The notes: a model not told the origin generated them from the letters alone. A stretch of DNA of 64,000 nucleotides from Malacoraja senta (GCA_038087875.1 CM075997.1:310001-374000), one strand, 5' to 3'; shown: positions 39,973 through 53,117, counted from the first letter of the stretch. Numbers and translations: made by a program.

Positions 39973-42900
39973 CTGCGGGTGAATGAACGAGGTTAGATTA
40001 GGGGCAACGATGCAGTGGTGCATTGGGTAGAGTTGCGGCCTCGCACCAAGGCATCTCTGGAGAGAAGGAATGGGCGACGTTTCAGGTCGATACCGGGTCT
40101 GAAGAAGGTTCTCGACCCGAAACATCATCCATTCCATCTCTACAGAGACCTTTGTTTGATTCTGACCACGGGGGCTGCCTGTACGGAGTTTGCACGTTCC
40201 CACTGCGACCTGCGTCCGGTTTCCTCCCACACTCCAAACACGTGCAGGTTTATAGGTTAATTGGCTTGGGCTTAACGTAAAATTGTCCCTAGTGTGTGTA
40301 GGGTAGTGTTAGCGTGCTGGTCGGCATGGACTCGATGGGCCGAAGGGCCTGTTTCCGCGCTGTATCTCTAAAGTCAAAGCATTCAGACCCACCCCAGCAA
40401 ACAGCACCAAATATCTCAGGACAGGGATGACGAGAGGAGACTCTGAGAGCGATGGAACCACGATGATGTCGTTCTGTAGACAGGCAGAAACAGTTGTGTT
40501 ATAGAATGAAAGAAAGATTAGCATTTCTGTACATAGACACAAAGTTGACGATTCCCACACTAAATCAATCCAATCTATCTATTAGCCCATCAACACAATG
40601 GGTCGACTGGGCTTATATTCAAAGGAATTTAGAATGATGAGAGGGGATTTTATAGAAACATATAAAATTCTTAAGGGATTGGACAGGCTAGAGGCAGGAA
40701 AAATGTTCCTGATGTTGGGGGGGGGAGTCCAGAACCAGGGGTCACACAGTGGAAGAGTAAGGGGTGGGTAGGGATGTCAGGACTTTCATGTGAAGAAAGA
40801 CTGGATAGACTTGGCTTATACTCGCTAGAATTTAGGAGATTGAGAGGGGATCTTATAGAAACGTACAAAATTCTTATGGGGTTGGACAGGCTAGATGCAG
40901 GAAGATTGTTCCCGATGTTGGGGAAGTCCAGGACAAGGGGTCACAGTTTAAGGATAAGGGGGAAATCCTTTAAGACACCGAGATGAGGAAAAACTTTTTC
41001 ACACAGAGAGTGGTGAATCTCTGGAACTCTCTGCCACAGAGGGTAGTTGAGGCCAGTTCATTGGCTATATTTAAGGGGGAGTTAGATGTGGCCCTTGTGG
41101 CTAAAGGGATCAGGGGGTATGGAGAGAAGGCAGGTACGGGATACTGAGTTGGATGATCAGCCATGATCATATTGAATGGCGGTGCAGGCTCGAAGGGCCG
41201 AATGGCCTACTCCTGCACCTATTTTCTATGTATCTATGTAACTCAGCGGGTCAGGCAGCAACTGTGGAGAACATGGATAGGTGACGTTTCACAGAGTGCT
41301 GGAGTAACTCAGCAGGTCAGGCAGCAACTGTGGAGAACATGGATAGTTGACGTTTCGGGTCGGGACTGCAGTCTGAAGAAGGGTTTCGACCTGAAACGTC
41401 ACCTATCCATGTTCTCCACAGATGCTGCCTGACCCGCTGAGTTACTCCAGCAATCTGTGTCTATATTACGCTACAGTCTTTGCTCTACAGTATTTGGGTC
41501 CTGGGTTGATGAGGTTATGGGCCAACAAGGTGGGGAAAGCGGTGGTCGACTCACATCCCAACTGCTGTCCAGTTCGCCCCAGGACGGGGTACCGTGGAGG
41601 TCAAAGCACATCTGATCTGTAATTAAAAGAAGCATCAGCACCCTGGCGGATAGCGTTGTTTAAAGGTCTCTTGTGTTGTCAGCTGGGTGCTAGTGGGTCC
41701 CACATTCGCCCCCTCCCTGAGTTAGGTGGACTTCGCGAGGTGTCCGGAGAGAACATACGTACGGCCATCAGGGGGGTGAAGAAAAGATTTACAAAGGTGG
41801 AGAACATGGATAGGTGACGTTTCACAAAGTGCTGGAGTAACTCAGCGGGACAGGCAGCATCTCTGGAGCAAAGGAATAGGTGACGTTTCGGGTCGAGACC
41901 CTTAAGGGTCTCGACCCGAAACGTCACCTATTCCTTTGCTCCAGAGATGTTATGTGACCCGCTGAGTTACTCCAGCACTCGGTGAAACGTCACCTATCCA
42001 TGTTCTCCACAGATGCTGCCTGACCCGCTGAGTTACTCTGTGCCTTGTTTCGTAAACCAGCATCTGCAGTTTAGTTTATTGTCGCGTGTAACGAGGGACG
42101 GTGAAAAGCTTGTTTGCTGCACGCTAACCAGTCATCGGAAAGACAATACATGATTACAACCGAGCCGCCCGCTGTGTACAGATACATGAAAGCTAGACTA
42201 TGGAACAGCATCCATCTGCCCATCAGAACTGCCCCCCCCATCAACTCTTTTAAGTCCAGACTTAAAACTTATTTCGACTCTCAAGCCTATCTTGAGGTCC
42301 TCTGAGGGAGCGCTGTATGTATGTACTGTTAGATCTATGGACCACATTAGTACCCGCACTGATGCAAAGCACTTTGGTCAACGAGAGTTGTTTTAGAAGT
42401 GCTATAGAAATCAAATTGACTGAGATTGACTGATGATCGAGCAATTAACATTCAGCGCAAGGTAAAGCCAGTAAAGATTTACGAAGGTGTTGCCAGGACT
42501 CGAGGTCCTGAGCTATAGGGAGGAGTTGTGCAGACTAGGATTTTATTCCTTGGACCGGTTCAGTTCAGCTCAGTTTGTAGTCATGTGTACCGAGGTACAG
42601 GGAAAGGCCTTCGTGCAGGAAGGGGGAAGTAACATCCGGAGAAGAATGTAACACAGGGGAGAGACAAGACTTTGCCTTCCATCACAGGGAGGAGGAGGAA
42701 GGAGGGAGATTCACTGTGATGGATGTTTGTGAAAATTGTGTGTCTTTGAAGCTTGTTCCCGATGTTGGGGAAGTCCAGGACAAGGGGGCACACAGTTTAA
42801 GGATAAAGGGGAAATCCTTTAGGACCGAGATGAGAAAAACATTTTTCACACAGAGAGTGGTGAATCTCTGGAACTCTCTGCCACAGAGGGTAGTTGAGGC

Positions 42901-45900
42901 CAGTTCATTGGCTATATTTAAGAGGGAGTTAGATGTGGCCCTTGTGGCTAAAGCGATCAGGGGGTATGGAGAGAAGGCAGGTACAGGATACTGAGTTGGA
43001 TGATCAGCCATGATCATATTGAATGGCGGTGCAGGCTGGAAGGGCCGAATGGCCTCCTCCTGCACCTATTTCTATGTTTCTATGTTTTCAGAAAACAAAT
43101 TTTGTTTGAACTTCATTTGAGGTTCAAATGACAATAACTAAATTGTATAGTTGTATAACTGTATAAGATGAGGGGTGGGCTTACAGAGGTGTATAAAGTC
43201 AGGTGGGGAATCGATTGGGTGAATTCCGAGTCTTTATCTTCTTGCTATTGAGGGAGTGCAGCGTAGGTTTACAAGGTTAATTCCCGGGATGGCGGGACTG
43301 TCATATGCTGAGAGAATGGAGCGGCTGGGCTTGTACACTCTGGAGTTTAGAAGGATGAGAGGGAATTTCATTGAAACATGTAAGATTGTTAAGGGCTTGG
43401 ACACGCTAGAGGCAGGAAACATGTTCCCGATGTTGGGGGAGTCCAGAACCAGGGGCCACAGTTTAAGAATAAGGGGTAAGCCATTTAGAACGGAGACGAG
43501 GAAACACTTTTTCTCACAGAGAGTGGTGGTTCTGTGGAATTCTCTGCCTCAGAGGGCGGTGGAGGCCGGTTCTCTGGATGCTTTCAAGAGAGAGCTAGAT
43601 AGGGCTCTTAAAGATAGCGGAGTCAGGGGATATGGGGAGAAGGCAGGAACGGGGTACTGATTGGGGATGATCAGCCATGATCACATTGAATGGCGGTGCT
43701 GGCTCGAAGGGCCGAATGGCCTACTCCTGCACCTATTGTCTATTGTCTATTGTCTTTTACCACCTGGGTAGGGCAATCAAGGACCCTAGGACATGGGTTC
43801 AAGGTGAGAGGGGCAGAATTTAATATTTTTAGGATGTTGCCAGGACTCGAGGGTCTGAGCTATAGGGAGAGGTTGAGCAGGTTGGGATTTTACTCCTTGG
43901 AGCGCAGGTCGATGAGGGGTGATCTTATAGAGGTGTATAACATCATGAGGGGAATAGATCGGGTAGAGTCTTTTACCCAGAGTGGGGGAATCGGGGACCA
44001 GAGGGCAAAGGTTTAAGATGAAGGGGAAAAGATTTAATAGGAACCCGAGGAGAAACTTTTTTTTTACACCAAGGGCGGTGGGTGTATGGAACGAGCTGCC
44101 GGAGGAGGTAGTTGAGGCTGGGACTATCCCAACGTTTAAGACTGATAACAAATCGACTGGTACTCGCCCTGGTTCAGTCTAACTCTCAGTTCTTCAATCT
44201 CCTTCTTCAAATAGTTGATTACTGTTTCCAATTCCCTGTTTCTGTCGCTGGCTTCGACCAGGAGCCTGCGGTAAGAGAAAGAGGTGGGGTGGGAGTTATT
44301 ATTAGAGAAAAATGGAGGATTGTAGAGAGTACAGACACGAAACTGCTGGGGTAACTCAGCGGGACAGGCAGCATCTCTGGAGAGAAGGAATGGGTGACGT
44401 TTCTGGTTCGAGACCCTTCTTCTTGACCCGAAGATTGTTCCCGATGTTGGGGAAGTCCAGGACAAGGGATCATCAGTTTAAGGATAGAGGGGAAATACTT
44501 TAGGACCGAGATGAGAAAAACATTTTTCACGCAGATAGTGGTGAATCTGTGGAACTCTCTGCCACAGAGGGTAGTTGAGGCCAGTTCATTGGCTATATTT
44601 AAGAGGGAGTTAGATGTGGCCCTTGTGGCTAAAGGGGTCAGGGGGTATGGAGAGAAGGCAGGTACGGGATACTGAGTTGGATGATCAGCCATGATCATAT
44701 TGAATGGCGGTGCAGGCTCGAAGGGCCGAATGGCCTACTCCTGTACCTATTTTCTATGTTTCTATGTTTCTGTGAAACGTCACCCATTCCTTCTCTCCAG
44801 AGACGCTGCCTGTCCCGCAGAGTTACTCCAGCTTTTTGTGCCTATCTTCGGTTTAAACCAGCACCTGCAGTTCCTTTCTACAGAGTGCAAAGAGGGTGGA
44901 AGGGAAGATTGTAATGGGGCACCAGGATGAGGAGTGACTTGCGTAACAGGGTGGGCTGTTAGTTTTGTTTAGAGATACAGCATGGAAACAGGCCCTTTGG
45001 CCCAACTTGCCCACGCCAACCAACATGCCCCATCTACACTAGTACCACCTGCCTGCTTATCCCTCTCAACCTACCTGGCCATGCACCTGTCTCACTGTTT
45101 CTTAAACGTTGCGATAGTCCCCGCCTCAACCACCTCCTCCGGCATCTCGTTCCATACACCCACCACCCTCTGTGTAAAAAAAAAGGTTACTCCTCAGGTT
45201 CCTAGTAAATCTTTCCCCCCCTCCCCCCCTCACCTTGCACCCATGTCCTCTGGTCCTCGATTATCTGGGCAAGAGACTCTGTGCGTCTACCCAATCTATT
45301 TCCCTTGTGATTTTATACGCCTCTATAAGATCACCCCTCATCCTCCTGCGCTCCAAGGAATAGAGACCCAGCCTACTCAACCTCTCCCTGTAGCTCAGAC
45401 CCTCGAGTCCTGGCAACATCCTGGTCAATTAACCCTTTCAAGCTTGACGTCACATTTCCTATAACATGGTCACCAAAGCTCTAAATATTTTCAGGTCATG
45501 TTTAGTTTAGTTTAGAGAAACAGCGTGGAAACAGGCCCTTCGGCCCATCGAGTCCATACCGACCTGCGATCCCCGCACAATATTACTACCCTGCATACAT
45601 TAGGGACAAATCTTACACATACACCAAGCCAATTAACCTACACACCTGCACGTCTTTGGGGTGTGGGAGGAAACCGAAGATCGCGGAGAAAACTCACGGG
45701 GAGAGCGTGCAAACTCCGTACAGGCAGCACCCGTAGTCGGGATCGAACTCGGGTCTCTGGCGCTGCATTCGCTGTAAGGCAGCAACTCTACCGCTGCGCC
45801 ACCCATGTGTATCTGGTCAGGAACTTTCACCTATCCATTCCCTCCCCCCGATGCTGCCTGACCCGCTGGTTCCTCCAGCACTTTGTATTTAGATCAAGAT

Positions 45901-48900
45901 TCCAGCATCTGCAGTTCCTTTGTGTGGTTGAGTTGCTGTAGATACTATCACAGGCAGCCTCAGATTCCCATGGACTGTGCAGCTTACCGCTCAGTTGTAA
46001 TGTCATCAGTCTCCGCTTTGAGAAGCTGGTCTCCAGTGCTGGCCCGTGGGGGTAGACCTTTCCCCAGTGCTGCCTGCAGCTTCAGTAACCCGGACCCTTC
46101 CACAGCTGGAGCCTGACTGTGCTGGACAAACAGGTCCTGAGAAGAGGAAATGGAAGATCCTGCAGGTTTAGAGGGTGGATGGATACATGGGCAGTTCCAA
46201 CCGTGCTAGTACTTATTACCGACCGCGCTTTGTCCTGTCTCTCCGCTTTTCCAGCTTCTTCCCACCCCCCCAAACAGTCTGAAGAAGTCCAACCATCTGC
46301 CGATCAACCTCCCCCTGTTGTATCCACCTATCACTCATCACATTCCGTCTGAAGAAAGGTCCCAAGCCGAAACGTCACCTATCCATGTTCCCCACAGATG
46401 CTGCCTGACCCGCTGAGTTACTCCAGCACTCTGTGAAACGTCACCTATCCATGTTCTCCACAGATGCTGCCTGACCCGCTGAGTTACTCCAGCACTCTGT
46501 GAAACGTCACCTGTCCATGTTCTTCACAGATGCTGCCTGACCCGCTGAGTTACTCCAGCACTCTGTGAAACGTCACCTATCCATGTTCTCCACAGATGCT
46601 GCCTGACCCGCTGAGTTACTCCAGCACTCTGTGAAACGTCACCTATCCATGTTCTCCACAGATGCTGCCTGACCCGCTGAGTTACTGAGTTTTTATTGTA
46701 TTGTAAATATTATTTTAAATAATTGAAGAAATGTTTTGATTTAAAGAAAAAGGATGCTGCCCGGATTAGAGAGCATTAATGTTTAGGAGAGAGTAGAAAT
46801 AAAGAACTGCAGGTGCTGGTTTATACCAAAGATAGGTACAAAGTGCTGGAGTAACTCAGCGGGACAGGCACCATCTCTGGAGAAAAGGAATAGGTGACGT
46901 TTCGGGTCGAGACCCGCAAGGGTCTCGACCCGAAACGTCACCTATTCCTTTTCTCCAGAGATGTTATGTGACCCGCTGAGTTACTCCAGCACTCTGTGAA
47001 ACGTCACCTATCCATGTTCTCCACAGATGCTGCCTGACCCGCTGAGTTACTCCAGCACTCTGTGAAACGTCACCTATCCATGTTCCCCACAGATGCTGCC
47101 TGACCCGCTGAGTTACTCCAGCACTCTGTGCCTTGTTTCGTAAACCAGCATCTGCAGTGTAGTTTATTGTCGCGTGTAACGAGGGACGGTGAAAATCTTG
47201 TTTGTTGCGGGCTAACCAGTCATCGGAAAGACAAGACATGATTACAACCGAGCCGCCCGCTGTGTACAGATACATGATACCTAGACTATGGAACAGCATC
47301 CATCTTCCCATCACAACTGCCCCCTCCATCAACTCTTTTAAGTCCAGACTTAAAACTTATTTCGACTCTCAAGCCTATCTTGAGGTCCTCTGAGGGAGCG
47401 CTGTATGTATGTACTGTTAGATCTATGGACCACATTAGTACCCGCACTGACGTAAGGCACTTTGGTCAACGAGAGTTGTTTTAGAAGTGCTATAGAAATC
47501 AAATTGACTGAGATTGACTGATGATCGAGGAAATAACATTCAGCGCAAGGTAAAGCCAGCAAAATTACTAGTATGGAGTAACTCGGTCAATATCTGAGGT
47601 TCCCTGTTCCTCCATCTGCGGCCCCTGGTCTCTCTGCCACAGAAGGCAGTGGAGGCTGATTCACTGGATGTTTTCAAGAGAGAGTTAGATTTAGCTCTTA
47701 GGGCTAACGGAATCAAGGGATATGGGGAGAAAGCAGGAACGGGGTACTGATTGTGGACGATCAGCCATGATCATATTGAATGGCGGTGCTAGCTCGAAGG
47801 GCTGAATGGCCTCTACTCCTGCACCTATTGCCTATGTTTCAACTCCCCCCTCCAAATGCCCCTGGCGTTGGGCGTCGCAGTTTCGGGTCCCGACACACGA
47901 TGGCGCTGCTGACCTGCACGACAGGGTTGCAGTGGCCCTTGCCCTTCCCTAGGTGGCGCAGCGGGTGGAGCCAGAGTCGCAGGTTCGATCCCGACTACGG
48001 GCGCTGTCTGTACGGAGTTTGCACGTTCTCCCCGTGAACCGCGTGGGTTTTCTCCGAGATCTTCGGTTTCCTCCCCACGCTCCAACGATGTGAAGGTCGA
48101 TATCTTTCATTAAATTGTCCCCAGTGTTTGTAGGATGGTGTTAGTGTGCGGGGGTTGCTGGTCAGCACGGACTCTGTGGGCCGAAGGGCCTGTTTCCGCT
48201 TCATATCCTGCTGAGTTTCACTCTTTGTATCCACTTAACACCTTTCCCACAGCCAACAATGGATCTTTGTGGGCTCCAACTTTCCTAAATCATCGTTGCT
48301 GACTTTTTGCATATCTTTCATTAATTTGTTCTCTGTACCTTTTCATATATTTCTTTCTGTTCCCTCTCCCCTGACTCTCAGTCTGAAGAAGGGTCTCGAC
48401 CAGAAACGTCACCCGTTCCTTCTCTCCGGAGATGCCGCCTGTCCCGCTGAGTTACTCCAGCTTTTTGTGTCTCCCTTCAATGCTGGAAGAGACAGGAAGG
48501 GCTAAATGGCCCTCGCGCCTGCTTCTACCTTCCAGCGTTGCTGTCACCTTACCTCTGCGTTTGGGACGGGTTCTTCAGCCCCGCCCGGGAGCCGGGACGT
48601 TCCCTCCGTTCGGTCATCCAGTCTGGTCACGATCTCTGCCGCATCTCCCTGCCTAGGGGAAGGGGGAGAGACAGATCAGCCGTGATTCAATGGCCGAGTA
48701 GACTTGATGGGCCGAATGGCCTAATTCTGTCCATATCACTCTTAGTGGTGGAGGGCTTCAGTTACTCCAGGCCTCAGTCCTACATATCCCCCCCTGTCTC
48801 TGAGACTCTCCCTCCCCTCCCCGTCCCCTCCCCCCCTGGGTTCTACACCTTTGGGCGGCACGGTGGTGCAGCGGGTAGAACTGCTGCCTCACAGCGCCAG

Positions 48901-51900
48901 AGACCCGGGTCCGTGCTGTCTGTACGGAGTTTGCATGTTCTCCTGGTGACCCGCGTGGGTTTTCTCTGGGAGCTCCGGTTTCCTCCCACACTCCAAAGAC
49001 GTACGGGGCAGTTCCGGGACCGTTGGGCTCCGCAGGGGGTTGAATGTATCCTCAATAAGGATTGTAGCATCGTTGTACAGTAGGTTATTAAGGATATATG
49101 TTTGTATTGTATTATGGTGGTGAGTTCTGGCTTTGTTTTATTCTGGTGTAAATATATATATATTTTTTTAAATAATTTTTTTATTAGAAGTATTATACAT
49201 TACAGTAATCTGCAAAAACGTACGTGTATACAGTTCTTGTGCCACTTCTTATTTTAAACTTTAATAGGAAAAAAGGATAGAAAGAGTTAGTAAAGATAGT
49301 CAGTGAGTGAATGAAAGATTGGTCCAGGAACCCCCCTATGGACCTAAACCACAAGAAATAGTTTAAAAAGAAAAGAAAGGCGGAAAAAGAAAAAAGAAAA
49401 AAGAAAATAAGATAGGACAATCTGAAAGGGATGTGTCTACTTCTTATCTTTACTCACCCCTCGCCTGGTCCTAAAACCATGTATTATCAACATTTTGTTG
49501 CACCCTATGTTTGTAATAAGTCGCTATATGGAGACCAAATCTTTTTGGAATTGGTCTTGTTTACCTGCTGGGAGGAATCTCATATCTTCTAGATGTAACA
49601 AGTCCGACACATTAGAAACCCACATTTTTATTGTTGGCGTGGGAGCGTTTTATCCAGAATTTCAGTATCAGTTTTCTTGCCGTTATTATGCCATAATTAA
49701 GACAACTCCTTTGAAACGAAGTCAGCTTATATCTTAATAATACTAGGAACATTAGAACTAAATCAAATATTTACAACAACTCAAAGAAACTTTATTGATT
49801 ATAGTATAATAACTGGGAAAAAATTAATTCTACAATTTTGGAAAGGCCCTATAACCCCCACAATTAAAATGTGGATTATAGAAATGACGGAGACCTTACA
49901 CTTGGAAAGAATTAGACTTGTCCTGTTGGACAAACAGGAATTATTCATGGGAACATGGTCTCCCTTTATTGACTATTTAAAGGGTCAGAATGGTTCAGCA
50001 CGGGAACCTGACTAACATTCGAGCCAAGGAATAGATGAAAGGTTATACTCTGAAATGTACGAATATATCTCAAATGAAGTTTTGTATCGTAGTAAATTAT
50101 TCCAATCTTCTTTATTATCTCTTTCTTTTTTTGTTTTTTTGTTTTTTTTGTTTTTATTTTTTGTTTTTTTTAGTTTCTTCTCTTTTTTCTCTTTCTTTCC
50201 TCATTTCATCTATATCTTTTTAGTTCTATTTAGTTAAAAAAAATTTTTTTTTTAAAGTATTGGAGACATTGTAATAATAATGGACGATATTTAGTAATTT
50301 AAAAATGTAAGGCTGGTATCGATTTTAATATGATATGTATCTACCTCCAATAAAAAATAATTTCAAAAAAAAAAATTTCAAAAAAGAAACGAAGTCAGCT
50401 CCAAACTTGCTTCTATTGTTGCAAAAATAATCAATACTGCATTCGGTATCAGTTTTATTTTAAATAATTTAGTGAAAATTTCAAAAAAATTCATTCCGAA
50501 ATTTTTGGATCTTTAATATTATTTTTTAATAATTGAAAAAAAAAATTTGAATAAAATTTAAAAAAAATTAAGTCGTGCGGGTTTGTAGGTTAATTGGCTT
50601 CTGTAAATTGTCGCTGGCGTGTGGGATAGAACTGGTGTACGGGGAGACCGCTGGTCGGCTGGGTGGGCCGAAGGGCCTCTGTATCTCTAAACTAGACTAA
50701 ACTACTGACCTGGCAGGAAGAGGAGAGTTTGCGGATTCGTCCTTACCTGGGACCAGAGAAGGTGAAGCCAACAAAAGGAAGGTAGATTCCAGGGAGGTCG
50801 CCATGGGTAACGGGACGTGTAACCAGCTAGGAGGAAACAACAAGGAAATCAAACCTAGTCCACCTGTGTTGCAAAGAGTGGGACATAGAACTTACAGAAG
50901 GCAGACACAGAGTGCTGGAGTAACTCAGCGGGTCAGGCAGCATCTGTGGAGAACATGGATAGGTGACGTTTCACAGAGTGCTGGAGTAACTCAGCGGGTC
51001 AGGCAGCATCTGTGGAGAACATGGATAGGTGACGTTTCACAGAGTGCTGGAGTAACTCAGCGGGTCAGGCAGCATCTGTGGAGAACATGGATAGGTGACG
51101 TTTCACAGAGTGCTGGAGTAACTCAGCGGGTCAGGCAGCATCTGTGGAGAACATGGATAGGTGACGTTTCACAGAGTGCTGGAGTAACTCAGCGGGTCAG
51201 GCAGCATCTCTGGAGAGAAGGAATGGGTGACGTTTCGGGTCGAGACCCATCTTAAGACATGAAACGTCACCCATTCCTTCTCTCCAGAGATGCTGCCTGT
51301 CCCGCTGAGTTACTCCAGCGTTTTGTGTCTGTCTTCGGTGTAAACCAGCATCTGCAGTTCCTTCCTGCTCAGGAGATGGAGGAAGGGGGAATGACTTGTA
51401 GCATAAACATTAGCACAGATCAGAGTCCACACTGACCAGCGATCTCCGCACACTAACACTACCCTACACACACCAGGGACAATTTACACATTTACACCAA
51501 GCCAATTAACCTACAAACCTGCACGTCTTTGGAGTGCGGGAGGAAACCGAAGATCTCGGAGAAAACCCACGCAGGTCACGGGGAGAACGTGCAAACTCCG
51601 TACAGACAGCACCCGTAGTCAGGATTGAACCCGTGTCTCTGGCGCTGTGAGGCAGCAGCTCTACCCGCTGCACCCTCGTGCTGCCCTGTGGGACCCAGCC
51701 ACCTGGCTGATTCTGATCTCCGGTGCTGTCTGTGTGGAGTTTGCACGTACCCGCTGCGACCGCGCGGGTTTCGCTTACTCACTGGAGCGCTGAAGGTCTC
51801 TTCCTCCACGTCGAAGTTTGAGGTGTCCGTGGCGTCGGAGACGTCCGGGAGAAAGGGGGGCGCGCACTGACCCAGGTGGTCCCAGGCGATGTCGCTGAAG

Positions 51901-52031
51901 AAGGGGTGCAGGGTGAAGTCCTGCAGCCCCCCCCTACCCAGACGTTCCTCCCTGTCGCAAACCAGTCCCCGGATGAATCTCCTCGCTTCCTCCGTCACTT
52001 CCCACTCCGGATCCGGGAATCGAAAGCTCTC
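39880..52031 (-). CDS. DMPK: DMPK (myotonin-protein kinase) 3' part, 8 coding exons; 5' kinase exons not in the visible sequence
   Basis: Exons 52031-51783, 50826-50747, 48652-48553, 46136-45988, 44265-44168, 41616-41555, 40473-40393 and 39972-39880 splice in one continuous frame: kinase C-lobe, AGC tail, short coiled coil, hydrophobic tail, stop. No C1/PH/CNH/CRIB domains, so DMPK rather than MRCK/CDC42BP. Confidence 0.82.
40393..40473 (-). CDS. DMPK: DMPK penultimate exon, hydrophobic tail
   Basis: ctgtctacAG|aac...ggg|GTgggt; 81 nt; NDIIVVPSLSESPLVIPVLRYLVLFAG resembles the human DMPK ..CPLVGP..RRHLLL.AR exon. Confidence 0.68.
41555..41616 (-). CDS. DMPK: DMPK short exon
   Basis: ttttaattacAG|at...gat|GTgagt; 62 nt, phase 1 to 0; (D)QMCFDLHGTPSWGELDSSWD. 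Supported mainly by splice signals and phase fit. Confidence 0.6.
43235..43754 (+). mobile_element. CR1-type LINE 3' fragment
   Basis: ORF 43256-43660 QRRFTRLIPGMAGLSY.ER...RGHSLRI...WNSLP; (TATTGTC)n tail. Confidence 0.92.
44168..44265 (-). CDS. DMPK: DMPK exon: coiled coil
   Basis: tcttaccgcAG|g; LLVEASDRNRELETVINYLKKEIEELRVRLNQ resembles DMPK/MRCK L.EAE.RNR.LE...L; 98 nt, phase 2 to 1; donor appears to be GC (g|GCgagt). Confidence 0.8.
45988..46136 (-). CDS. DMPK: DMPK exon: start of coiled coil
   Basis: tcttctcAG|gac...cg|GTaagc; 149 nt, phase 0 to 2; ...LLKLQAALGKGLPPRASTGDQLLKAETDDITTER is collinear with the DMPK-coil LQ.AL...L segment. Confidence 0.72.
46347..46690 (+). repeat. 66-bp tandem array preceded by a hammerhead-like head
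   Basis: CTGAAGAAAGGTCCCAAGCCGAAACGTC followed by about 5 units. Confidence 0.92.
48553..48652 (-). CDS. DMPK: DMPK linker exon
   Basis: cccttcccctAG|g...gag|GTaagg; 100 nt; phase 2 to 0 exactly bridges its neighbours; QGDAAEIVTRLDDRTEGTSRLPGGAEEPVPNAE. Confidence 0.7.
49728..50385 (+). mobile_element. 5'-truncated L1-clade LINE with A-rich tail and 15-bp TSD, nested in an opposite-strand L1 fragment
   Basis: Translates ...IITGKKLILQFWK...PTIKMW..EM.E.L.LERIR...W.PF; TSD GAAACGAAGTCAGCT at 49713-49727 and 50386-50400. The host L1 fragment (-) spans about 49170-50520. Confidence 0.78.
50747..50826 (-). CDS. DMPK: DMPK exon: AGC hydrophobic motif
   Basis: tttcctcctAG|ctg...ag|GTaagg; LVTRPVTHGDLPGIYLPFVGFTFSGP (LPFVGF motif of DMPK/MRCK/ROCK); 80 nt, phase 0 to 2. 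Confidence 0.88.
50905..51250 (-). repeat. 66-bp tandem array
   Basis: About 5 copies of the same unit on the reverse strand. Confidence 0.95.
51783..52031 (-). CDS. DMPK: DMPK exon: kinase C-lobe and AGC C-terminal extension
   Basis: ttccttcAG|gag...cca|GTgagt; 249 nt; ESFRFPDPEWEVTEEARRFIRGLVCDREERLGRGGLQDFTLHPFFSDIAWDHLGQCAPPFLPDVSDATDTSNFDVEEETFSAP. Confidence 0.92.
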
Positions 52032-52917
52032 CTGAAGGAATGGAGGCGGGGAGGGGGAGGGGGAGGGGGAGGGGGAGGGGGAGGGGGAGGGGGAGGTGGA
52101 GGGGGTGGGGGTGAAAGAAGAAGGGTCACAGAAGACATGGTGGGTGGCACATCGGTGTTGCTGGTACCTCACAGCGCCAGAGACCCCGGTTCGATCCCGA
52201 CCTCGGGTGCTTTCCGTGCGGAGTTTGCACGTTCTCCCAGTGACCGCGTGGGTTTTTTTCCGGGTGCTCCGGTTTCCTCCCACATCCCGGGTTTGTCAGT
52301 CAATCGGCCCCTCTGTACATTGCCCCCTAGTGTGTAGGGAGTGGATGAGAGAGTGGGGATAACATGGAACTATAGTGTACGGGGTGATCGATGGTCAGCA
52401 TGGAACCGGTGGGCCGAAGGGCCTGTTTCCATGCTGGATCTATAAACTAAAGCAGACGAATCTAGCCCAGGATCGGCACAAAAAGCTGGAGTAACTCAGC
52501 GGGTCAGGCAGCATCTGTGGAGAGAAGGAATGGGTGACGTTTTGGGTCGAGACCCTTCTTCAGACTGAGAGACAGGGGAGAGGGGAACGAGAAATATAGA
52601 CGGTGATGTAGATAGATAAAGAACAAATGAATGGAAGATCAGCATAAAAAGTTATGATGATGATAAAGGAAACAGGTGTGAATTAGTGGAGATAGTTACT
52701 AAAAACATTTGCAGATATTTGGTCAGTGACATGGATCGGAAAGGTTGATGAGGAAATGGATCAATGGGACTAGCGTGGATGGGGCATCTCGGTTAGTATG
52801 GACAGGTTGGGCCGAATGGCCTATTTCCGTGCTGTACGGCTCTCTGCCTCAGAGGGCGGTGGAGGCCGGTTCTCTGGATGCTTTCAAGAGAGAGCTAGAT
52901 AGGGGATCTTATTGAAT

Positions 52918-53117
52918 NNNNNNNNNNNNNNNNNNNNNNNNNNNNNNNNNNNNNNNNNNNNNNNNNNNNNNNNNNNNNNNNNNNNNNNNNNNNNNNNNNN
53001 NNNNNNNNNNNNNNNNNNNNNNNNNNNNNNNNNNNNNNNNNNNNNNNNNNNNNNNNNNNNNNNNNNNNNNNNNNNNNNNNNNNNNNNNNNNNNNNNNNNN
53101 NNNNNNNNNNNNNNNNN
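52918..53117. other. Assembly gap (200 N)
   Basis: Run of exactly 200 n, typical of a placeholder of unknown size. Confidence 0.99.

Noticed and set aside
51783..52031. Calling the kinase CDC42BPB or CDC42BPG (MRCK)
   Set aside because: EEAR.FI and PPF.PD...ATDT.NFD motifs plus the short coil-and-tail ending fit DMPK; no C1/PH/CNH exons were found. Not formally excluded without a tree.
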